From Flavobacteriales bacterium (GTDB lineage: Bacteria > Bacteroidota > Bacteroidia > Flavobacteriales_D > UBA2798): a stretch of DNA of 50,065 nt. The stretch covers positions 1,252 to 51,316 of the forward strand of contig JBKBUQ010000003.1 in assembly GCA_046289975.1 (NCBI GenBank). Reading direction: 5' to 3'. Position numbers and translations under genes: made by a program. How positions within the stretch are numbered: position 1 is the first letter of the stretch; the number at the start of each line of letters is the position of its first letter. Below are positions 27,818 through 35,997 of this stretch, piece after piece. The notes beneath the pieces are model-generated. The model was not told the origin of the DNA and made no database searches. It was given only the letters and a program-made list of their open reading frames with translations.

Positions 27818-28402
27818 TTATTTGGGTTGACCTTCATGTTTCTTTCTCAACTCCGCCATGATGGTATTGGCATCAATGAAAAGTGGAAACCAGGAAGATT
27901 GTCCGGTCTGAAATTGAGCCATGCTTTCTGATCCTGCATATTTCCCTTTGTTGGTGAGGATATAAAACTTCACGGTTTGCGGATCGGGCGGAGGAAATGC
28001 ATTTACCTTACTGCAAAGCGGAATCACTTTTGCTGCATTCATCACATATTGCGGAGCAAGCTCCTTCACGGCCGGAATTCCAATGCCCCCAATCATGGTG
28101 GTTCCTCCACTGAAATACAAACTTGCATCGCCGGTAGAAAAACAAGCTAACGTTGCAACGCCATTGCCAACATACCAATCCATTACCACCCCAAACGGAC
28201 GCTCTTCATCAAAGCCAATCTGAATACCCAGTGTCTTGTGATCCATATTCAAAGCCTGATTTCTCAGATTCTCATAAGGGTTTACATTGACTTTAGCTTC
28301 CGGCTCCTTTTTGCGTTTATCTCCACTGTCTCCGCTGCCAAGGATAATCCAGGCAAAAACAACAGCAATTATCACTAACAGAACGATCCAAACGACTTGC
28401 AT
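27818..28402 (-). CDS. N-terminally membrane-anchored protein, unknown function
   Basis: MQVVWIVLLVIIAVVFAWIILG is a TM anchor and is followed by a ~170-aa soluble domain. The gene sits immediately upstream of the lipoprotein gene on the same strand. Confidence 0.65.
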   Translation of the reverse strand: MQVVWIVLLVIIAVVFAWIILGSGDSGDKRKKEPEAKVNVNPYENLRNQALNMDHKTLGIQIGFDEERPFGVVMDWYVGNGVATLACFSTGDASLYFSGGTTMIGGIGIPAVKELAPQYVMNAAKVIPLCSKVNAFPPPDPQTVKFYILTNKGKYAGSESMAQFQTGQSSWFPLFIDANTIMAELRKKHEGQPK

Positions 28403-28707
28403 ATACTCAGGATTTTCCCCGAATATCCAGCTTTTTCGCGCTCATGAAGGATCTGCTCCGGCAGGTTATGAACAGCACTCGGGAATCCAACTGTTAATCG
28501 GTTTAACTATTCACATCCTGTTCATTTCGTCGAATACCCATAAATTTCTAGCGAACTTATTTGTTAGTATGATAAAAGTTGCTAGGTTTGTTAACAAAGG
28601 AGTCCTGAACGATTGTTGATAACCCAAGGCTTAATGCGGATTAAGGCTTTTGGGGGTGAAAGAAGGCCCGGGCTTGGATTCCCGAACCAAACTGTTAATA
28701 ACCGGAT

Positions 28708-29832
28708 ATGCAGTCACCCTTTGTCTACGGACGAATTGCCGAAGGATCGGCTTTCGCCAACCGCAAACAAGAACTCCAGCGTCTGAGCGGAAACCTTCGC
28801 AATAAGATCAACACCATTGTGCTTGGCCCGCGCAGAATTGGCAAAACATCACTGGTACGAAAAATCACCGCTGAATACTCCGGACTCTCCTACTATCGTT
28901 TTTGCTATATCGATGCCTACAAGGTGAACGATGAAGAAAGCTTCTACGGCTATTTTGCCTCCGAAGTGATCAAAGCTTGTTCATCCAACGTGGAAGAAGC
29001 CATTGAATACTCACGCCAGCTGATGGCAAAATCCTCTTCACGTTTAGCTGTTTCTTTAACGCAATCGCGCGACTACAATCTTGCAGTAGTTACCGAAGAT
29101 GAAATAGGTGATGATGCTATGGATTTCGGTAATGAAATTGCACGAAAAAAGAATTTCACATTAATTATCTGCATCGACAATTTTCAGAATATCGAGCGCT
29201 TCGAGCAAAGCCTGTTGTTTCAGAAAAAATTCAAAACCGCAATCGAAAAACACGATAAAACCGTGTATTGCATTGCGGGCACACGCACTTCCTTTCTCAA
29301 TGATGCTTTCCTGAATCCGGATCAACCACTATACCAAATGGGTGATCTTATCCAATTGGACCGTATCGCTCTTGATGAGTTGGCACCGCTGATCATGAAT
29401 CGCTTTTCTGAAAGCGGAAAATCATGTGCTATGATGTTTGCCGAACGTATCTGCAAGGAAATGGTTTGTCACCCTTATTTCACCCAGCAACTGGCGCATA
29501 TTGTTTATATGAATGCCAATGGTAAAGTGGACGACGCCGTAATTTCACGCTCAGTAGAAGAAATGATCGAGCGCAATCTGGTTTCCTTCCAGCGCGAATA
29601 CGAAAACCTCAGTATTCTCCAGGCTAACTTTCTGCGAATGCTGCTTGATGGTGTGGAAGACGGGTTTACCACTAAACCAATGATCGAAAAATACAAACTC
29701 AGCTCTTCGGCTGCCGTCATTCGTGTGATTGACAGTCTGCTGAAGAAAGAGGTAATTGAACGCAGACAGGGCAAGTTTTGCTTTGTCGATCCCACCTTTC
29801 ATTACTGGATGCAGCGCGTTGTAAAAGGCTGA
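28708..29832 (+). CDS. AAA-type ATPase of the Arch_ATPase/DUF234 type (ATP-binding protein)
   Basis: N-terminal FVYGR..E...F.NR..EL..L. Walker A is GPRRIGKTSL and Walker B-like is LIICIDNFQ. The C-terminal region is winged-helix-like. Confidence 0.75.
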   Translation: MQSPFVYGRIAEGSAFANRKQELQRLSGNLRNKINTIVLGPRRIGKTSLVRKITAEYSGLSYYRFCYIDAYKVNDEESFYGYFASEVIKACSSNVEEAIEYSRQLMAKSSSRLAVSLTQSRDYNLAVVTEDEIGDDAMDFGNEIARKKNFTLIICIDNFQNIERFEQSLLFQKKFKTAIEKHDKTVYCIAGTRTSFLNDAFLNPDQPLYQMGDLIQLDRIALDELAPLIMNRFSESGKSCAMMFAERICKEMVCHPYFTQQLAHIVYMNANGKVDDAVISRSVEEMIERNLVSFQREYENLSILQANFLRMLLDGVEDGFTTKPMIEKYKLSSSAAVIRVIDSLLKKEVIERRQGKFCFVDPTFHYWMQRVVKG

Positions 29833-29861
29833 TTATCTCCCTCTCATTATTCGATTTTCCT

Positions 29862-29869
29862 TAGCTTTG
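29862..29869 (+). promoter_or_regulatory. Candidate -7 box TAGCTTTG for ileS
   Basis: Matches TAnnTTTG and ends 19 nt upstream of ATG 29889. Confidence 0.45.
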
Positions 29870-29888
29870 CGCCTCTATTCCAAAAGGC

Positions 29889-32800
29889 ATGTCAGCGCAA
29901 TACCGTACCTACGAATCACTTAACTTACCTTCTGTTGCCCGGGAGATCCTGGAACAATGGGAAAAGGGGAAGGTTTTTGAACGCTCAGTGAGCACCCGCG
30001 AAGGGAAAACCCCTTATGTGTTTTACGAAGGCCCTCCTTCCGCCAATGGAATGCCGGGGATTCACCACGTTATGGCTCGAACCATTAAGGATATTTTCTG
30101 CCGCTATAAAACGCTCAAAGGATTTCAGGTAAAACGTAAAGCCGGATGGGATACCCACGGACTCCCTATCGAGCTTGGCGTGGAAAAGGAATTGGGCATT
30201 ACCAAAGAAGATATTGGTAAAAGCATCAGCATTGCCGAATACAACGAAGCCTGCCGAAAAGCGGTAATGAAATACACCGATGTGTGGAACGATCTTACCC
30301 GTAAAATGGGGTATTGGGTAGACATGGATCACCCGTATGTCACCTACGAAAACAAATACATCGAATCCGTCTGGTGGCTGCTGCGTAATCTCTACGACAA
30401 GGGATTGCTTTACAAAGGCTACACTATTCAACCCTATTCACCTGCCGCGGGAACCGGACTCTCCTCGCACGAACTTAACCAGCCCGGCTGTTACCGCAAC
30501 GTAAAAGACAATTCGGCGGTAGCGATGTTTGAGGTGAAAACAGAAAGTTTTTCAGCCTTACTTAAAGCATTCAAGGCTGAAAACAGCGGAATTGAAAGCG
30601 CTTCCATCCTGGCATGGACCACCACTCCCTGGACACTCCCCTCCAATACCGCTCTTGCTGTTGGGCCGAATATTGAGTATGTATTGGTTCAATCGTTCAA
30701 TACGTATTCGCATCAACCCATTGTTGTTGTTCTTGCAAAAGATCTTGCTACCAAGCATTTCAATGAAAAAGCAACTGAACTTTCCCTCGGAGAATACAAA
30801 GCAGGCGACAAACTCATTCCCTGGAAAATCATCGCCACCTGCAAAGGTTCCGATCTGGTGGGTATACGTTACCATCAACTTCTTCCCTACGCTTTACCGC
30901 ATGAAAATGCAAAGCAGGCTTTCCGCGTCATTTCCGGTGATTTTGTAACCACTTCCGACGGAACAGGAATCGTGCACATTGCTCCCACATTCGGTGCCGA
31001 CGATATGCGCGTTGCTCGTGAAGCCGGCGTTCCTCCAATGCTGGTTTTGGATGAAAAAGGAAAGGCTGTTCCACTCGTAGATTTACGCGGACGTTTTCGT
31101 CAGGAACTGAATGATCCGATTTTTGGTTTAGGCGGAGAACATGTCAAGGAAGATTACCTCAACGCCGAAGAAAAAGCGGCTGAACTTCAAAAACAAAAAG
31201 AACTTCTCAAAAGCATCATTGCCGATACCTCCAAACTCAATTACCTGAGTGTGGATGAACGCATCATCCTGAAATTACAGAACGAAGGAAAGTTGTTCAA
31301 AAAGGAAAAGTACGAACACAATTACCCACACTGCTGGAGAACCGATAAACCCATTCTGTATTATCCACTCGATAGCTGGTTTATCAAAGCCACTGCTGCA
31401 AAAGAGCGCATGATTGCACTGAACAAAACCATCAACTGGAAACCGGAACACACCGGAACCGGACGATTTGGTGAATGGCTTAACAACCTCAACGACTGGA
31501 ATCTTTCCCGTTCACGCTATTGGGGAATTCCACTTCCCATCTGGAAAAATGAAGAAGGCGAAGAAAAATGCATTGGATCAGCAGAGGAACTAAAGGCCGA
31601 ATGCGATAAAGCCATTGCTGCAGGTTTCATGAAAGAGAATCCTCTGAAAAATTTTAATCCCGGCAATTTTTCGGAAGAAAATTACAACTCCTTTGATCTT
31701 CATCGTCCGTATGCCGATGATATTGTACTTATATCTGCAAACGGCAAACCCATGAAACGAGAAACGGATCTTATTGACGTATGGTTCGATTCCGGAGCTA
31801 TGCCCTATGCGCAATTGCATTATCCTTTCGAAAACAAAGAATTAATCGATAACAAAACGAATTATCCCGCCGATTTCATTGCCGAGGGAGTTGACCAAAC
31901 GCGTGGATGGTTTTACACCCTACATGCAATTGCTTCGCTTTGTTTTGATTCGATTGCTTACAAAAATGTGGTTTCTAACGGACTCGTTCTCGACAAGAAC
32001 GGGCAGAAAATGTCGAAACGTTTGGGCAATGCCATTGATCCGTTTTCAACGCTGGAGAAGTTTGGTCCGGATGCAACGCGCTGGTACATGATCACCAATG
32101 CTGCCCCTTGGGAAAACCTGAAATTTGACCTCGACGGCATTACAGAAACGCAGCGAAAGTTTTTCCGGGCATTGTATAATACCTATGCTTTTTTTGCATT
32201 GTACTCGAATGTCGACGGTTTCAGCTACAAAGAAACTGAGATTCCTCTAGAGAAACGCCCGGAGATCGATCGCTGGATTCTTTCAAGACTCAACTCCCTT
32301 GTTAAGTCTGTTGACCAGAGTTACGCCGAATACGAGCCGACGCGCGCAGGAAGGGAAATCGAAGAATTTGTGCTTGATCATCTGAGCAACTGGTATGTTC
32401 GTTTATGTCGCCGCCGCTTTTGGAAGGGAGAATACAGTGAAGATAAAATTGCTGCCTACCAGACATTGTACACTTGTTTGGAAACCATCGCTATTTTGGC
32501 CGCCCCAATTGCGCCCTTTTATTCCGATCAACTCTTTCAGGACCTCAACCGTGTGAGCAAAAAACATACGGCCGATTCGGTGCATCTGGCAGATTTCCCA
32601 ACAGCGAACGAAAAGGCTATAGATCTTTATCTCGAAGAAAAAATGGGATTGGCCCAGCGAATCACATCAATGGTTCTTGCGCTGAGAAAAAAACAAGACA
32701 TCAAAGTTCGTCAACCCCTTGCACGTATTATGGTGCCTGTGCTCAACGCCACTTTCCGTGAACAACTGCAATCTGTTGAAGAACTGGTATTGAGTGAGGT

Positions 32801-33377
32801 CAATGTGAAAGCGTTGGAATACCTTGATCAGAACAATGTGATTCTGGTAAAACGCATCAAACCAAATTTTAAAACGCTGGGTAAAAAATACGGTAAGCAC
32901 ATGAAATCCATTTCTGCAAAAGTTGCGGAATTTGGTCAAGAAGAAATTGCCGGAATTGAGCGTGAAGGAAGATTCAGCTTTGTTGAAGAGGGAGATACTA
33001 TCATTTTGGAATTGGAAGATGTTGAAATTCAGTCACAAGACATTCCTGGCTGGTTGGTAGCTTCAGAAGGTGCCTTAACCGTTGCGCTCGACATCAATAT
33101 CAGTACCGAGCTGCACCAGGAAGGGCTGGCCAGGGAGGTGGTTAACCGTATTCAGAACCTCCGCAAAGAATCCGGATTGGAGCTTACCGACAAAATCAGC
33201 GTTAAAATTCAGCGTCACAACACCCTAAACGATGCGATTACGAACAATTTGAATTATATTTGCTCGGAAACATTGGCCAACACGCTGGAACTGGTTGATT
33301 CTGTTAATGGTAACGGCGTGGAAGTTGAGGTTGACGAGACTATCAAAACCAGTATTTTAATAGAGAAAGAACGCTAA
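29889..33377 (+). CDS. ileS: Isoleucine--tRNA ligase (long, type 2 form)
   Basis: HIGH region PPSANGMPGIHHVMAR. KMSKS region GQKMSKRLGNAIDP. Also WTTTPWTLPSN, CWRTDKPILYY and DQTRGWFYTL. Length 1162 aa. Confidence 0.97.
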   Translation: MSAQYRTYESLNLPSVAREILEQWEKGKVFERSVSTREGKTPYVFYEGPPSANGMPGIHHVMARTIKDIFCRYKTLKGFQVKRKAGWDTHGLPIELGVEKELGITKEDIGKSISIAEYNEACRKAVMKYTDVWNDLTRKMGYWVDMDHPYVTYENKYIESVWWLLRNLYDKGLLYKGYTIQPYSPAAGTGLSSHELNQPGCYRNVKDNSAVAMFEVKTESFSALLKAFKAENSGIESASILAWTTTPWTLPSNTALAVGPNIEYVLVQSFNTYSHQPIVVVLAKDLATKHFNEKATELSLGEYKAGDKLIPWKIIATCKGSDLVGIRYHQLLPYALPHENAKQAFRVISGDFVTTSDGTGIVHIAPTFGADDMRVAREAGVPPMLVLDEKGKAVPLVDLRGRFRQELNDPIFGLGGEHVKEDYLNAEEKAAELQKQKELLKSIIADTSKLNYLSVDERIILKLQNEGKLFKKEKYEHNYPHCWRTDKPILYYPLDSWFIKATAAKERMIALNKTINWKPEHTGTGRFGEWLNNLNDWNLSRSRYWGIPLPIWKNEEGEEKCIGSAEELKAECDKAIAAGFMKENPLKNFNPGNFSEENYNSFDLHRPYADDIVLISANGKPMKRETDLIDVWFDSGAMPYAQLHYPFENKELIDNKTNYPADFIAEGVDQTRGWFYTLHAIASLCFDSIAYKNVVSNGLVLDKNGQKMSKRLGNAIDPFSTLEKFGPDATRWYMITNAAPWENLKFDLDGITETQRKFFRALYNTYAFFALYSNVDGFSYKETEIPLEKRPEIDRWILSRLNSLVKSVDQSYAEYEPTRAGREIEEFVLDHLSNWYVRLCRRRFWKGEYSEDKIAAYQTLYTCLETIAILAAPIAPFYSDQLFQDLNRVSKKHTADSVHLADFPTANEKAIDLYLEEKMGLAQRITSMVLALRKKQDIKVRQPLARIMVPVLNATFREQLQSVEELVLSEVNVKALEYLDQNNVILVKRIKPNFKTLGKKYGKHMKSISAKVAEFGQEEIAGIEREGRFSFVEEGDTIILELEDVEIQSQDIPGWLVASEGALTVALDINISTELHQEGLAREVVNRIQNLRKESGLELTDKISVKIQRHNTLNDAITNNLNYICSETLANTLELVDSVNGNGVEVEVDETIKTSILIEKER

Positions 33378-33388
33378 ATCAATTAGTT

Positions 33389-34483
33389 ATGGCGGCAAAG
33401 AAAAAACCGGCAAAAGCAGCAGCAAAGAAACCTGTTAAGAAAGCGGCACCAGCCAAGAAGGCGGCGAAGCCCGTTAAGAAAGCAGCTCCTGCCAAAAAAG
33501 CCCCCGCAAAAAAAGCTCCAGTGGCCAAAAAACCTACATCCAAGCCCGCGAAAAAAGCGGCTCCTGCTAAAAAAGCGCCGGTCAAGAAGGCCGCGGCCAA
33601 ACCCGCAAAAAAAGCAGCTCCTGCAAAGAAATTAGCTGCAAAACCAGTGAAGAAAGCGGCTCCGGCTAAGCCTGTTAAGAAGGCGGCTCCGGCTGCAAAA
33701 GCACCTGCAAAGGCTGTAAAAAAGGCGGCCCCTGTAGCAAAAGTTCCTTCAAAAGCTGCTCCTGCTCCCAAAAAACAGGAAGCAAAAAAACCCGAGCCTC
33801 AAAAAGCAACACCCGCTGCTAAACCGGCTCCTGCTGCCAAAGCACCTGTGGCTAAACCGGCCGAGCCTACTAAACCGGTAGCTAAACAAGAGGCGCCTGC
33901 TAAACCTGTTGCTCCTGCTCCAAAAGCTGCTTCAAAGCCTGCTCCACCGGCAAAACCTCTTCCCAAAAAACATAATCCCACTTCTAAAGAGATTCGCATT
34001 ACTCCAACCGGAGATACGGTAATGACCGTTAACGGTGGAATATCCATACCTCTGTATACCAAGCCGCAAAAACCTGCAGTTGTGGTAAATAAAAAACCGG
34101 CTGAAGTAGATACCCGTACCCGCTTCTCTGATGCTGAACTCCAGGAGTTCCGCGAGATCATCCTCAAAAAACTTGATGAAGCACGTCGCGACCTTGAACT
34201 GTTGCGCGGATCATTGAGCCATACAGATGACCACGGTACCGACGACACCTCTCCTACGTTTAAAATGATGGAAGATGGTTCGGAGACACTCTCCCGTGAA
34301 GAAACAGCACAACTTGCCGGACGTCAGGAGAAATTCATTTCTGCTCTTGAAAGTGCTTTGGTACGTATCGAGAACAAAACCTACGGAATTTGCCGCATTA
34401 CAGGTAAGCTGATCTCTAAAGATCGTCTTCGCCTGGTGCCTCATACTACCCTGAGCATCGAAGCTAAGAACCTGCAGAATTAA
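33389..34483 (+). CDS. DksA/TraR-family protein with a ~200-aa Lys/Ala/Pro-rich histone-H1-like N-terminal extension
   Basis: The C-terminal ~125 aa (TRFSDAELQEFREIILKKLDEARRDLE...DDTSPTFKMMEDGSETLSREE...VRIENKTYGICRITGKLISKDRLRLVPHTTLSIEAK) match the Bacteroidota TraR/DksA protein normally found between ileS and lspA. The N-terminus is (K)KAAPAKKA / KPVKKAAPA repeats. Confidence 0.85.
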   Translation: MAAKKKPAKAAAKKPVKKAAPAKKAAKPVKKAAPAKKAPAKKAPVAKKPTSKPAKKAAPAKKAPVKKAAAKPAKKAAPAKKLAAKPVKKAAPAKPVKKAAPAAKAPAKAVKKAAPVAKVPSKAAPAPKKQEAKKPEPQKATPAAKPAPAAKAPVAKPAEPTKPVAKQEAPAKPVAPAPKAASKPAPPAKPLPKKHNPTSKEIRITPTGDTVMTVNGGISIPLYTKPQKPAVVVNKKPAEVDTRTRFSDAELQEFREIILKKLDEARRDLELLRGSLSHTDDHGTDDTSPTFKMMEDGSETLSREETAQLAGRQEKFISALESALVRIENKTYGICRITGKLISKDRLRLVPHTTLSIEAKNLQN

Positions 34484-34490
34484 TAGCGCT

Positions 34491-35192
34491 TTGTTACGGT
34501 CGCGGACATCACTTGCTGTCCTTACTATTCTTGTGGTTCTTTTGTTGGACCAATCGCTGAAGATCTGGGTAAAGACCCACATGATCCTTGGTGAATCCAT
34601 CCATATTACGGATTGGTTCCAAATTCTCTTTACCGAGAATCCCGGGATGGCATTTGGGATGCAACCCGGAGGTGAAGGAAGCTATTGGGGCAAACTCTTC
34701 CTCTCTGTTTTCCGATTGATTGCCTGCTTCTTTATTGGTTGGTACATCCTCACCCTTATCCGGAAAAATGAAAGAAAACTGCTCATCTTCAGTATGGCAC
34801 TCATTTGGGCCGGTGCATTCGGAAACATTATCGATTCCATGTTCTACGGCATCCTGTTTTCCGACAGCTTTCTCTTTCCTGCCGAATTTCTTCCCGCTGA
34901 TGGTGGTTATGCCGGTTTACTGCATGGTTATGTGGTAGATATGTTCTATTTCCCGCTCTTCACCGGACATTTTCCGGAATGGTTTCCGTTTTGGGGCGGA
35001 CAGGAATTTCTCTTCTTTCGACCAATCTTTAACCTCGCTGATGCATCAATCAGTATTGGTGTGGTGATTCTGATTATCCGGCAGAAAACATTCTTCGGAC
35101 AGCATGCCAAAAAGAAGCACAAAGAAGAAACAGAAGAAAATCCGAAAACGGTAAATGATGCTCCTGATCAGGATGCATCTATCAGCGCCTGA
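34491..35192 (+). CDS. lspA: Lipoprotein signal peptidase (signal peptidase II)
   Basis: Motifs LLLDQSLKIWV, FTENPGMAFG, GAFGNIIDSMFYG, VVDMFYF and FNLADASISIGVVIL. The start is uncertain; TTG 34491 is the only in-frame start before the first TM helix. Confidence 0.88.
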   Translation: MLRSRTSLAVLTILVVLLLDQSLKIWVKTHMILGESIHITDWFQILFTENPGMAFGMQPGGEGSYWGKLFLSVFRLIACFFIGWYILTLIRKNERKLLIFSMALIWAGAFGNIIDSMFYGILFSDSFLFPAEFLPADGGYAGLLHGYVVDMFYFPLFTGHFPEWFPFWGGQEFLFFRPIFNLADASISIGVVILIIRQKTFFGQHAKKKHKEETEENPKTVNDAPDQDASISA

Positions 35193-35865
35193 TAGAAACA
35201 GGAATGTTCTTGTCCTTCGCCATTAATTCAAGATGGTGAAAAAAAGATTCACGCTCTTTCTCCTCTGTTAAATAGCGAAATACCGATCGGATATTATTTT
35301 CGTTGTACACAAAATACAACTCGTCGTACTTACTGTCTATTGAGCGTAGGCCGCCAAAGGAAAAAATCTGCAAACCGCCATTATGAATAACTAAAGCATT
35401 AGGTGTTAATGCCGCGCGGAAAAGTTTTCTTCCACGACAAACAATAAAATATATCAGCTTCTCTAGAGCAGAAACCACAACAACAACTCCTGCAAGAAAA
35501 CTATGCGTATCGGCGATCATTAAAAATCCGCCACATAATAATGCCAGTGGAATTCCGATTCCAAAAGTCATTCCGCTCCAACGCAAGGCCTGCGAACCGA
35601 GGACTGCATTGTGAAGGATCTTTTCATTTTTTCCGGCACGCAGGAAAAACAACAATCCGGAATACCGATCCACAACATTTACTAAATAAGCTCCGAGCAC
35701 AAGACCGAAAATCACCTTAAAAAAGATATCGGTCCAGCGGTTCGGATCACCGGTATACACAAACTCCCCGCTTCCAATAGGCTGACCCGAAAACCATAAA
35801 TACAGGGCATACACCACACCGATTAATAATGCAGGGTAAAAAATAAGATTGGAGAGTCGTTTCAT
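35182..35865 (-). CDS. Multi-pass membrane protein, unknown function
   Basis: ATG 35865 gives MKRLSNLIFYPALLIGVVYALYLWF. There are about four hydrophobic helices and then a soluble C-terminal domain. The gene converges on lspA with an 11-nt overlap. Confidence 0.6.
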   Translation of the reverse strand: MKRLSNLIFYPALLIGVVYALYLWFSGQPIGSGEFVYTGDPNRWTDIFFKVIFGLVLGAYLVNVVDRYSGLLFFLRAGKNEKILHNAVLGSQALRWSGMTFGIGIPLALLCGGFLMIADTHSFLAGVVVVVSALEKLIYFIVCRGRKLFRAALTPNALVIHNGGLQIFSFGGLRSIDSKYDELYFVYNENNIRSVFRYLTEEKERESFFHHLELMAKDKNIPVSIRR

Positions 35866-35997
35866 GCGGTAAAAGTAAGACTGTGCGCGCAATATTTGCG
35901 AAATTGAATAAATTCATCCGTCCAACTGGAAAATTCAATTCCGTCCAGCCCTCAAAATAATGTAATCTTGAAGCGTAATACCCAAATCGTAAGTACA

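Noticed and set aside
29833-29888. Possible T-box or leader regulatory RNA upstream of ileS
   Set aside because: The intergenic region is only 56 nt and is occupied by a TAnnTTTG promoter box, which is too short for such a leader.
33379-33771. 130-aa Gly/Ala/Phe-rich ORF on the minus strand
   Set aside because: It is the mirror image of the Lys/Ala/Pro repeat region of the DksA-like gene. Low-complexity GC-rich repeats keep the antisense frame open. It has no independent start context or signal.
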